64,000 nt of DNA from Candidatus Latescibacterota bacterium. GTDB taxonomy: Bacteria > Latescibacterota > UBA2968. Made by a program: the position numbers and the translations under genes. The stretch spans positions 2,752,001 through 2,816,000 of the forward strand of contig OZ242311.1 in assembly GCA_965207885.1 (NCBI GenBank), read 5' to 3'. Positions 40,371 through 49,641 of this stretch are shown here, one piece after another; positions within the stretch are counted from its first letter, which is position 1; each line of letters opens with the position of its first letter. The notes under the pieces are model-generated. The model saw nothing but the letters and a program-made list of their open reading frames with translations, did no database searches and was not told the DNA's origin.

Positions 40371-40399
40371 ATAATACATCATAAATGATGTGAATTCAA
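40371..40399 (-). promoter_or_regulatory. TA promoter with palindromic operator
   Basis: TTGAAT-17 nt-TATTAT; ACATCAT-AA-ATGATGT at 40376..40391. Confidence 0.8.
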
Positions 40400-40420
40400 G
40401 CCTAAAAATTGAGCAACACA

Positions 40421-40500
40421 TTTTGTTTTTCCAGATAGATGTCGTTTCCAGGACAATGCGTTGAACCCCCAATTCTTTAGCCTCTTGACCGAGATTTGCT
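40421..40500 (-). pseudogene. GNAT acetyltransferase fragment
   Basis: Translates NLGQEAKELGVQRIVLETTSIW. Confidence 0.55.
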
Positions 40501-40548
40501 GTGCATCCATTATTTTCAGTTTACCTCAGCCGGTAAAGTCCTTCCTGG

Positions 40549-40567
40549 AATCTACATATCGATCTCA
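40549..40567. repeat. 19-bp direct repeat, copy 2
   Basis: Identical to 38345..38363; spans the EIDM* end of a gene remnant. Confidence 0.9.
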
Positions 40568-40737
40568 ACGATGGACCACATGACCAGTTCATCTACGCTG
40601 ATCTTTATTGCCTCCTCCGTGGCACCATATTCAAGTTTCTTCGGTTCTCTGCCGGGGGCGTGAAAGGTTATCTTGTACGGACCTGGACCACACAGCAAAT
40701 CGTTCCTTGCCGTGAGTTCAATATTCTCTTGCGCTGA
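40552..40737 (-). pseudogene. 3' remnant of a gene (glycoside hydrolase C-terminal-like)
   Basis: Open frame AQENIEL..ITFHAPG..ISVDELVMWSIVEIDM*, no proper start. Confidence 0.5.
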
Positions 40738-40914
40738 TCACATCTGAACGTTCAAGAACCGGCCCTGACAAGCCAATAACGAATGCTAATACAACTGTCG
40801 AAAACGAAAAAGACTATCCACTGCTCTGCCCCTGCAGGATGTCTGCCGCCAAAAAGGAGCGTAGCGACTGAAGCACGGACACATGGTTAAGCGTCCGTGT
40901 TGTTTTTTGTCATC

Positions 40915-41191
40915 TTATTTTTGGGTGGGAAATAAGTGTTGCAGAGAATCCTTGGCAGATAGCGTATCATCAAATGGTTCGATTTTATTATTCTCAACAA
41001 TAACTGATGAACGATCTATTGGAGCAACGTCAATTTCAACAACTAATATCTTTGGATCGTTGGTGTAAAAAACATTGTTCACAACAGTGTTATCCCTCCC
41101 TGTTGGAGCAGGGATATTTTTCTGATCAAGATAGTCCACCCTTACTGGATCGTCCGTTTTTTTATTTAAAATCTGAATATATCGAGTCAGG
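40915..41191 (-). pseudogene. 3' remnant of a possible beta-helix protein cut by IS3
   Basis: Frame is open up to the IS end; DNTVVNNVFY, IVENN. Confidence 0.55.
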
Positions 41192-42444
41192 TGGAGTTAC
41201 CCCGTTTTAGTGGATAGTGTAGAACTTTCAACCCCGTCACCTTTTGCCATCAGTTTTTCATAGGTGATGGGCGATTGGTACCTGATCGCAGAGTGTCTGC
41301 GGTGTGGGTTATACCACCCTTCAATATACTCGAAGATAGACAGTTTGGCCTGATTATGATTGGGGAAGCTATGCCGGTCTATCAACTCGCATTCAAGGGT
41401 AGCAAAGAAGCTTTCACACAAGGCATTGTCAAAGCAATCGCCAACCGATCCGACAGAGGGTTTGACCCCCATTCTTGCACAGCGTTGACCAAAGGCATAA
41501 GAGGTATATTGAGCGCCTTGATCTGAATGATGGATGACCCCATCTGGTCGTCGGTTCCAAAGTGCCATATCCAAGGCATCTAAGACCAGTTGGGTCTTCA
41601 GATGCGAGGCCATTGCCCAACCAACTACGCGTCTGGAGAAGGCGTCGAGAACAACAGAGAGATACAAAAAGCCAGACCAGGTTTTTATGTAGGTAATATC
41701 AGCGACCCACAGCTTGTTGGGCTTATCAACCCTAAAGTCTCGCTTAACCAGATCAGGGGCTTTCTCGTCTGTGATAGACCGGTATGTAGTCAGGATACCT
41801 TTTCTTCGGCTCACACCACATATATTGGCTTGTCGCATCAGTCTTGCGACCCGTTTCTTGCTGATGTGGACACCTACTTCGCGCAGATCCTGAAAGATAC
41901 GCGGTGCGCCATAGGTTCCATTAGAACGCTGATGAAAGGTGCTTATTTGTTCTGTTAACTTTTCATCGTCCTTTGCCCGTTTAGATAAAGGTCTATTACA
42001 CCAGGCATAATACCCACTGGTGGAGACACCCAGCACGCGGCATAGCATGGTGATCGGATGGATGGCCTGATGCGCCTTTATGTATCTGAAGATTTTGGGG
42101 GTATCGCATCGGTCTCCGCTGCGAACCAGGCCGCGGCTTTTGCAAGGATCTCACGCTCTTGACGCAAGCGTTTATTTTCTTTGCGAAGCCGCTGAAGTTC
42201 TTCTCGCTCACGACTGGTCAACCCATCGTCCCGACGGCCTTCATCGCGGTCTGCTTGACGCACCCAGGCACTGATCGTCTGAGCGGTCGGCTCAAACTCT
42301 TTGGCCAAATCGCTGGCACTACGGCCTGATCTGACCAGCGCGACCATTTGCTGGCGAAATGCTGATGGATATGATCTTTTTCTTCCCATTGCGGACTCCT
42401 TTCTCTGAAAGAGATAAGTTGTCCACTAAAACGGGTCAAGTCCA
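41192..42444 (-). mobile_element. IS3-family insertion sequence, 1253 bp
   Basis: IRs TGGACTTGACCCGTTTTAGTGGACA / TGGAGTTACCCCGTTTTAGTGGATA; orfA and orfB; no target duplication. Confidence 0.95.
41197..42389 (-). CDS. IS3 transposase OrfAB (orfA 42078..42389, orfB in the -1 frame)
   Basis: OrfA HTH; OrfB WVADITY, HHSDQG, ESFF DDE motifs; candidate slippery C-CCA-AAA near 42095. Confidence 0.93.
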
Positions 42445-42470
42445 CTTGTCCCCTTTTTCAAACTGAGACA

Positions 42471-42698
42471 CTACCGAAGGAATAAAAAAACGACTTGTAG
42501 CTCTTGCTGTTTCTCTATCTCTTCATCTGAAAGGGTTAATAAAGATTCAAGCACAACAGGTGATGGAATCATAATTTGTTCGCCCTTTTCAGAAATATCT
42601 TTCAGGAAGACTCGTGTGCGATTGATCATCGCTTCTTGTCCCTCAGACGCAAATGCTTGAATCCCCCAAAGCACGGTCTGTGTATCGAGACAGATCAC
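42471..42698 (-). pseudogene. PIN-domain (VapC-like) protein, frameshifted and truncated
   Basis: ICLDTQTVLW, IPSPVVLE; SRFFIPS continues in the -1 frame and then breaks off. Confidence 0.75.
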
Positions 42699-43087
42699 AA
42701 TTCGTTCTCTCTATACCTCATTCCTTCCATAAATCGCTCAACATCTATGCCTTTCCATTTTTCTCCTACCATCTCACCGAGTTCTTTGAATGCTTGCAAT
42801 GGTGTTCCACTTTGGATATTCACTACAGACGTCGCTCTAAAATTGACAATAAACCAGGTATCTCGTTCCCACGTTGCTTCACCTGTCATTGCAACATTGT
42901 CATACAAGTTTCTCGCAAGTCTTCTCGCCATCTCCTCGGTCACTTCCACATGCAAAAGTCTCGATCTGTTTGGCAATCTAACATCGACTTTGGGTTCGAC
43001 CCCACCCACCCTGATACATCTTCCGAAAATTGTAGAAGTACCTTTAACATAAGGAGATACAGGATTAGAGAACCGAGATTTATCCAT
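42695..43087 (-). CDS. Hypothetical protein coupled to the PIN gene
   Basis: GAGG RBS, overlapping stop/start with the PIN gene; RVGGVEP, ARNLY..V..TG.ATW. Confidence 0.7.
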   Translation of the reverse strand: MDKSRFSNPVSPYVKGTSTIFGRCIRVGGVEPKVDVRLPNRSRLLHVEVTEEMARRLARNLYDNVAMTGEATWERDTWFIVNFRATSVVNIQSGTPLQAFKELGEMVGEKWKGIDVERFMEGMRYRENEL

Positions 43088-43126
43088 TGTAAGATTCCTC
43101 AAAAAATAATGTCATACCTCTACAAT

Positions 43127-43155
43127 ACTATACAAATGTTTGCATCGCCTGTCAA
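43127..43155 (-). promoter_or_regulatory. Sigma70-type promoter
   Basis: TTGACA-17 nt-TATAGT. Confidence 0.7.
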
Positions 43156-43185
43156 AGGTTTGCCGGGAATTTCCATTGATATCGC

Positions 43186-44559
43186 TCATCGCTCATAAAT
43201 ATCGGGCGACCAGTCAACGACATCGAGTTCCTGCTTGACGAGCACGGCTTTATACGGCGGCGCGTTTTTCATCAGCACCACACCCGCGCCCACCATCGCA
43301 CATGGTCCCACAATGCGACCGGGCATAATCATTGCACCGATACCCGTACGCGAGTAATCCCCAAATAACACGCCGGTAAAACCGGGGGCTTTTCGGCGAA
43401 TGCCCTGCACTTCGACCTCAATCTCCGCATCGTCAAAGCGCAGCGTGCCCACCTGTGTACCCGCGCCTATTTCCGCGCGCTCGCCAAAAATGCCCGAAAG
43501 CTGAATCTGATGGGTCACGCGCCCCTCTTCCAGCATAATACCGCCAAACTCGCCCAAATAAGTAATATGGCAGTTGGTATCTACTGTACCCGATACTTTG
43601 GCAAAAGGACCTATTTTGCAGCGATCGCCGATCACAGTACGGGATGCGATGTGAGAGCCTTCCAATATCTCCGTATCTTTCCCGATCCAGACCGGCCCCT
43701 CAATATAAGCATCCCGGGCAATCGTGGTATTTTCATCGACAAAGATGGGACCGCGAATGCGGGCGTCGGGATCGACCGTAGCCGTTGGCGCAACAACCGC
43801 TTCTGTAAGTCCATCAGCCATTTCAGCAAGTGCCATAAGCGAGACATTTTTCGGATGCCAGGGCAGGTCCATATCGAACCACGGCCCGGGTAAATCGACC
43901 GCAATAAGTGCGCGTCCTTCACCGTAGAGCAATGGGATAACATCGCAAATTTCCTGGCCCTCAGGCGGAAAGATACCATATTGGGTTCGCGGCACAAAAT
44001 CGGAGGTATTACCCATATCGGATAAAATTTCATTTTTAAAAACATAGAGACCAGACAGTGCCTGTCCCGATCCGCCTCGGGGCTTATAGGTATAGGAAGA
44101 CAAGCTCTGGTCCTTTTCAACGTGTGTGCGTATATGAGATGTGAGATCGTCAACCTGGACAATACCAGCGACGCCAGAACAGTTTCTATCTCTAAACGCA
44201 TCTAACAGGCGTGGGACTGCATCCGCACCAAAGAAAACATCTCCGAAAATGACCAGAACATCATCAGTGCCAATAAAATCAGACGCCAGCCCCACCGCAT
44301 GCGCCGTGCCTTTTGGCTGCGGTTGCTCAATATAAGTAATTTTACAGCCGAATCGTTGCCCACCGCCAAAATAATTGCGCGCCCGACCACCTCTATGCCC
44401 CACCACAATGCCAATATCCGTAATACCCGCATCGACCAGACGCGAAACCGTCCACTCCAAAAGCGGACGATTGCATATTGGAAACATCGGCTTGGGACGA
44501 AAGACATTAAATGGAAAAAATCGCTCGCCTTTTCCTGCCGCAAGAATAAGTGCTTTCAT
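43186..44559 (-). CDS. Bifunctional sugar-1-phosphate nucleotidyl/acetyltransferase (archaeal GlmU-like)
   Basis: ILAAGKGERFFP..PKPM, GTAHA, left-handed beta-helix repeats, IGAGT..LRFDD. Confidence 0.85.
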   Translation of the reverse strand: MKALILAAGKGERFFPFNVFRPKPMFPICNRPLLEWTVSRLVDAGITDIGIVVGHRGGRARNYFGGGQRFGCKITYIEQPQPKGTAHAVGLASDFIGTDDVLVIFGDVFFGADAVPRLLDAFRDRNCSGVAGIVQVDDLTSHIRTHVEKDQSLSSYTYKPRGGSGQALSGLYVFKNEILSDMGNTSDFVPRTQYGIFPPEGQEICDVIPLLYGEGRALIAVDLPGPWFDMDLPWHPKNVSLMALAEMADGLTEAVVAPTATVDPDARIRGPIFVDENTTIARDAYIEGPVWIGKDTEILEGSHIASRTVIGDRCKIGPFAKVSGTVDTNCHITYLGEFGGIMLEEGRVTHQIQLSGIFGERAEIGAGTQVGTLRFDDAEIEVEVQGIRRKAPGFTGVLFGDYSRTGIGAMIMPGRIVGPCAMVGAGVVLMKNAPPYKAVLVKQELDVVDWSPDIYER

Positions 44560-44616
44560 AGAAACTCCGGAATGAAGTTTGAAGTGCCCAACTCCCAGCC
44601 CCCCGCCTTTTGTATC

Positions 44617-44645
44617 TTGACATTGCGTGCATTATGGACTACAAT
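44617..44645 (+). promoter_or_regulatory. Sigma70-type promoter
   Basis: TTGACA-17 nt-TACAAT. Confidence 0.75.
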
Positions 44646-44678
44646 TTTTTTCAGGACCTCATCGCAAAGGCTTTCACA

Positions 44679-46856
44679 ATGCCATTTTTCAAAAACGAAT
44701 TAGTGAGTCGTATCGCGTTATTCGCTTTCCCCTTTATCGCCGTATTTGTAATAGTTGGCTATTTGGGAATAGGAGAACAACGCGATCCCATTTTTCGGGT
44801 TGCAGAACTAATTGCACAGCAAAAATTTACCGAAGCATTATCTGCACTCGACAATATGGATACTACCCAGCGCGATGCCTGGGATACGCACACCGCCGCG
44901 TTACAACGCGCGATTTGTCTGATGCACCTGGGCAAATACTCAGACGCATTGACAATTCTTCAGTCTTCAGGCACCACGCGCAAAGAAATTGCCGATTACG
45001 TAACCTTTTGGATGGGACAATGCGCCGAGGCTTTGGGGCAAGCCAAAGACGCTGAAAATCACTATGCAAAAACTCTGCACATGAAACCAGTGAGTTTGCT
45101 CGGCGATCAGGCGACACTCAATGCCGCGCGGGCCTCGCTTGCCCAGGGCAATGCAGAAGGTGCTATCGCATATTATCAAACACTTGTTGGCAAGCATCCA
45201 CGCGAAAGCGATGCACTTGCAGGAATGGTTGAGGCCTGGACGGCTCTGGGCGATTCTGTTGCTGCGCGCGAGACCCGCTTGAAATTGATCAAAAATTATC
45301 CCAAACATCCATCCGCTTACAAAATGCTCTCCGCGCTCAGTGATATGCGCGATGCTGAAGAACTGTTTTACGCTGGTGTGGCCTGTATGCACGCCGGAAA
45401 ATATCAACAGGCTATTGTTTTATTGCGCCACGTGATCGATGAATCCCAAGATGCCACATGGCGGGGGAAAGCGCAATACGAACTGGGCCATGTATATTAT
45501 CGCAGTCGAAAATATCTCAAAGCCGAAAACACATTTGATCGCGCCTTCAAAGTGTATCACAGACCCGAAGCACTTTTTTATCTGGGCCGATGTGCCATCA
45601 AGCGCGGGCACGATTTAACGGGAACAACGCGGTTTCGAGAATTTGTGCGCCGCTATCCCAATGCAAAGACCGCACCCGAAGCACTCTGGCAGGCCGCCAT
45701 GGCCTACGAGCGACGGGGGCGGCACAGCGATGCTCGCAAACTGTTTATAGCACTGGCAAAAGCCTACCCCAAAAGCACTTATGCCGACCAGGCGGCGTGG
45801 CGCGCGAGATTCGCGCTTTATCAAACGCGGCAATACACGGCTGCTTCCAAAGCCTTTTTACATCTATCGCGCCAGACCACTGCGAGCCATCTGCGCGATC
45901 AGGGGTATTACTGGGCGGGCAAGTGTTATCAAAAATTGGGACAAAAAGCAGAAGCGCGATTCTGGATTGAACGCGCCTCAGAAGGTTTCCCCACCTCTTA
46001 TTACTCGGCACGCGCGCATGCGGTCCTGGGCAAAACAGAACATGCCTATATCGAAGCGCCCCAACCGGGCGAACACCTATCGATTGGTCAATCCTATACG
46101 CCTTCGGTGCATATCCCAAAAGGAGATGTATTGGCGTCTATTGGGTTGTATCGAGATGCCGAGCGAGAATACGATCGCGCGCGGCGGATTCTCGGGCGCA
46201 ATTTATTCGCGCTGGATGATTTGAAGCCGCGCTATGAGCGCGTTCGCGCCATGCACAAGGCACTTCAAATTTCCGCACAGATTGTAATGTTAGAACGCGC
46301 ACAGGGGATATCCATGACGCGGGCCTCATTCCGTCGATTGTATCCAACGTATTATTGGGGCGAGATCAACCAGATAGCGCAAAAAATGAATCTTGATCCC
46401 AATCTCATGATCGCCATCATGCGACAGGAAAGCGCGTTTAATACAACCGCTGTATCTCGCGCTGGCGCACGTGGACTGATGCAGGTGATGCCACAAACGG
46501 GACGGGACATGGCCCGACTTGTCAAGCTCAAAAATTTTTCAACCGAAGACCTCCACGATCCCCAAACGTCAATTTTATTGGGCGGAAAACATCTCTCCGA
46601 CCACATGAGGGCATTTCGAAAAGATAAACACAGGCAACTCAGTTTGGCACTATCGGCTTATAATGCGGGTCTGGATGCTGCAAAGCGATGGGCAAAAGCC
46701 CTGACAAGGCACGACGTCGATGAATTTATAGAGCGCATTCCCTATAAAGAAACCCGCAATTATGTGAAACTCGTATATCGAAATTATCGCGTTTATTCTT
46801 ACCTCAATAATGCGCAGTCAGAGGTAGAAATATCATTGGGATATGGAAATGAATGA
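44679..46856 (+). CDS. TPR-containing soluble lytic murein transglycosylase (Slt-like)
   Basis: N-terminal TM helix, TPR repeats, IMRQESAF, GLMQVMP, AYNAG, ETRNYV. Confidence 0.93.
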   Translation: MPFFKNELVSRIALFAFPFIAVFVIVGYLGIGEQRDPIFRVAELIAQQKFTEALSALDNMDTTQRDAWDTHTAALQRAICLMHLGKYSDALTILQSSGTTRKEIADYVTFWMGQCAEALGQAKDAENHYAKTLHMKPVSLLGDQATLNAARASLAQGNAEGAIAYYQTLVGKHPRESDALAGMVEAWTALGDSVAARETRLKLIKNYPKHPSAYKMLSALSDMRDAEELFYAGVACMHAGKYQQAIVLLRHVIDESQDATWRGKAQYELGHVYYRSRKYLKAENTFDRAFKVYHRPEALFYLGRCAIKRGHDLTGTTRFREFVRRYPNAKTAPEALWQAAMAYERRGRHSDARKLFIALAKAYPKSTYADQAAWRARFALYQTRQYTAASKAFLHLSRQTTASHLRDQGYYWAGKCYQKLGQKAEARFWIERASEGFPTSYYSARAHAVLGKTEHAYIEAPQPGEHLSIGQSYTPSVHIPKGDVLASIGLYRDAEREYDRARRILGRNLFALDDLKPRYERVRAMHKALQISAQIVMLERAQGISMTRASFRRLYPTYYWGEINQIAQKMNLDPNLMIAIMRQESAFNTTAVSRAGARGLMQVMPQTGRDMARLVKLKNFSTEDLHDPQTSILLGGKHLSDHMRAFRKDKHRQLSLALSAYNAGLDAAKRWAKALTRHDVDEFIERIPYKETRNYVKLVYRNYRVYSYLNNAQSEVEISLGYGNE

Positions 46857-47049
46857 GCGACCACTGTGGCTAATTCTGGAAGACGCATTTATCATCCTGT
46901 GCATTGGAGCACTCTGGCCGGGTATCCTGGGCTGGCAGGGTTGGATCTGGGATATGGTGCAATATATCGCACTCATTGGACTGGTGTGGATTTTGATACG
47001 GCGGATTGGTCGCTATCGGATGAGACGGGATGAGGGTGACGACGATTAA
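46843..47049 (+). CDS. Small two-helix membrane protein
   Basis: Two hydrophobic segments; overlaps the slt stop. Confidence 0.7.
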   Translation: MEMNERPLWLILEDAFIILCIGALWPGILGWQGWIWDMVQYIALIGLVWILIRRIGRYRMRRDEGDDD

Positions 47050-47085
47050 GGGACCTTCTCACCAAACCAAATAGGACTCACGAAC

Positions 47086-47892
47086 ATGGACGAACACGAA
47101 AAATTCTTCTTTGACCTCAACGGCTACCTCGTCGTCGAAAACGCTCTAACACCCGCCGAAATTGCCGCGTGTAACAAAGCCATTGACAACAACCCCGACA
47201 GGATGCGCATCCGCCCGCCAGAGCAATCCCTCTCCGGCGAGTCCAAAACACTCAAGGGCAAACACGGGCGCACCGATTTGGGCGGCATGCTCACCTGGCC
47301 CAAACCCTGGTGCCAACCCTTCCGCGATTTACTCGCCCACCCAAATATCGTGCCCTACCTCGCGGAATTGCTACGCGAAGACTGTCGCCTCGACCACCTC
47401 TATGGCATCATCATGGAAAAAGGATCCGAGGGCCATGTCATCCATGGCGGGGGCACGGCTGACGACCTGACGCACTTCTACCAATTTCACAACGGGCGCA
47501 TGCGCTGTGGCCTCACCGTCGTCTCGTGGGTACTCACCGATTGCAACCCCGGCGAGGGCGGATTTGCCTGCATTCCCGGCAGCCACAAATCCAATTACAA
47601 AACACCCCGCGATGTCGCACTTCTCGACCGGAATATGGGTGTTGTACAACAGGTCTCGGCAAAAGCGGGATCGGCAGTCATCTTCACAGAAGCACTCGCA
47701 CATGGCACGCTCCCCTGGACAGCCGACCATCAACGCAGATCCATTCTCTACAAATACTCGCCTGGCACCCTGACCTATTCAGCGCGGTATTTGCCGCCGG
47801 ATGTTGAAAACGCGCTCGACGAATTCACACCCACACAACGCGCGCTGCTCGAGCCGCCTTACCGCACAAATCGCCCGCGCGTCACTCAATAA
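47086..47892 (+). CDS. PhyH-family Fe/2OG oxygenase with HGG motif
   Basis: FFFDLNGYL, IHGG, PGSHK, IFTEALAHG, QRR. Confidence 0.88.
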   Translation: MDEHEKFFFDLNGYLVVENALTPAEIAACNKAIDNNPDRMRIRPPEQSLSGESKTLKGKHGRTDLGGMLTWPKPWCQPFRDLLAHPNIVPYLAELLREDCRLDHLYGIIMEKGSEGHVIHGGGTADDLTHFYQFHNGRMRCGLTVVSWVLTDCNPGEGGFACIPGSHKSNYKTPRDVALLDRNMGVVQQVSAKAGSAVIFTEALAHGTLPWTADHQRRSILYKYSPGTLTYSARYLPPDVENALDEFTPTQRALLEPPYRTNRPRVTQ

Positions 47893-47896
47893 TCCC

Positions 47897-48622
47897 ATGA
47901 ACATCCTCATCCTCGGTGGCAATGGTTTTCTCGGTCCTTATGTCGTCAAAACCCTCGAAGACCACCACCAGCTTCGCGTCACCGACCTCATGCCCATCGA
48001 TACACCGCACGACACGCGGCAGGTCGATGTATCCGATTTTGCTCAAGTCAGGTCCGCTGCAGAGGGCATGGACGTCATCATCAACTGCTCTGTTCAGCGC
48101 ACCCATCGCAAAATTGCTTTTGGCGTGAACACAATGGGAACGCACAACGCACTCCGCGCCGCAGTTGCGTATGGCATGAAACGCTTTATCAACACGGGAC
48201 CGCGCTTCTCACTCGTCGGCCCTTCCTACCTCGATTACGACCATACCATTTCTGAAAAAATCCCCCCACAACCCGGCACGGAACTCTATGCGATGAGCAA
48301 AGGCCTCGGCCTTGAAATCTGCCGACTCTTCAGCGAACACCATCCGCTACACGTCCTCTCGCTCATCTTCTCGCGCTTTCGAGAGCCCACCGCCGATCCG
48401 CACAACACCGATGACAGCACCCTCAGCATATCGGCTAGAGATGCCGCACAAGCCGTTAAGTCCGCCATAGAAGTCGATCTTCAAACGCTCCCATCGCGCT
48501 TTGAAGTCTTCTTTATCACCACAGACCTGCCGCACAACCGCTTCCCAAACGCGCGCGCGCGCACAATACTCGGTTTTGAGCCCCAGGACAAACTCGAATC
48601 CTACTGGACAAAGCCTACCTAA
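47897..48622 (+). CDS. NAD-dependent epimerase/dehydratase (uronate dehydrogenase-like)
   Basis: LGGNGFLG, YAMSK. Confidence 0.85.
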   Translation: MNILILGGNGFLGPYVVKTLEDHHQLRVTDLMPIDTPHDTRQVDVSDFAQVRSAAEGMDVIINCSVQRTHRKIAFGVNTMGTHNALRAAVAYGMKRFINTGPRFSLVGPSYLDYDHTISEKIPPQPGTELYAMSKGLGLEICRLFSEHHPLHVLSLIFSRFREPTADPHNTDDSTLSISARDAAQAVKSAIEVDLQTLPSRFEVFFITTDLPHNRFPNARARTILGFEPQDKLESYWTKPT

Positions 48623-49623
48623 ATCGCCACCTGCTGTCCCGTCTTTGCCGATTCAAAAATCGCGTCAATCAATCCCATTGAGGCGCGCAATTGATCGGGC
48701 GTCACATTGGGCTTTGCCTCCCCCCGGCACGCAGCGATCAAATTTTCATAGAGCTGATCGCGTTCGTGAATCACCTCCATTGTCTCGGCTGCATCCATAT
48801 CTTCCGTCTGCACAGTAATTTGGCTATTGACCCCCTGCGCGGTAATACATCCCTTCGTACCCACCACATACCAGTGAGGCGCGGGAAGAATCGTCATATT
48901 GCTCGCCTCCAGATACGCTGTCGCACCCCCTTCAAACCGCATCAAACATGAAAAATGGTCATCTACTTCATCGCTGAACACAATACCGCGCGCATCTGCC
49001 GACACAGCCGTTAACGGACGATCGACGAGCCGAAGCACCTGATCGCCACAATGAGGCGCGTAATCGTACACCATTCCACCGCCGTAATCGCGCTGAATGC
49101 GCCACGTCGGATTAAAGCCCTCAATCCCCCATTTGGTCCATCCTTCGCCGTATTGCGACCACACCCGGCGCACGTGCTGTACCTCCCCGATGCGCCCACT
49201 TTCCACACACTTCACGATCGCCCGATACTCCCCGTCATATCGCCGCGACTGATGGCAATGAATCACCACACCGGCCTGCTCGGCAGCATCAATCATTTGT
49301 TCGGCTTCGGCGCGCGTCATCGCAAACGGCTTATCCACAAACACATGCTTACCCGCCTCGGCCGCCTGCACCGCGAGTTCGCAATGCGTATTCGGCGGTG
49401 TGGTCACAACAATCAGCTGAACGCCATCATCCGATAGCAAATCGCCAAAATGCTCGTAAATCGCCGCCTCGGTATTATCTTTTGCAGCCGCCTGGCGGCG
49501 CACCTCGGTCATATCGCACACGGCGGCCAACCGCGTATCCTCCCGGTTGTTAATCCAGTTCCTGTGTGCCCCCGTAGCAACTTTTCCATACCCGACAATA
49601 CCAACACCCATTTCGCGACTCAT
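48619..49623 (-). CDS. Gfo/Idh/MocA oxidoreductase
   Basis: VGYGKVA, HVFVDKP, GGMVYDYAPH. Confidence 0.92.
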   Translation of the reverse strand: MSREMGVGIVGYGKVATGAHRNWINNREDTRLAAVCDMTEVRRQAAAKDNTEAAIYEHFGDLLSDDGVQLIVVTTPPNTHCELAVQAAEAGKHVFVDKPFAMTRAEAEQMIDAAEQAGVVIHCHQSRRYDGEYRAIVKCVESGRIGEVQHVRRVWSQYGEGWTKWGIEGFNPTWRIQRDYGGGMVYDYAPHCGDQVLRLVDRPLTAVSADARGIVFSDEVDDHFSCLMRFEGGATAYLEASNMTILPAPHWYVVGTKGCITAQGVNSQITVQTEDMDAAETMEVIHERDQLYENLIAACRGEAKPNVTPDQLRASMGLIDAIFESAKTGQQVAI

Positions 49624-49641
49624 TTTTTTCTCCTATATTCA

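Noticed and set aside
40780-40910. Integron attC site / cassette array explaining the patchwork
   Set aside because: A hairpin (40873-40900) and GCTTAAC are present, but there is no matching GTTRRRY, no recurrence at other junctions and no integrase
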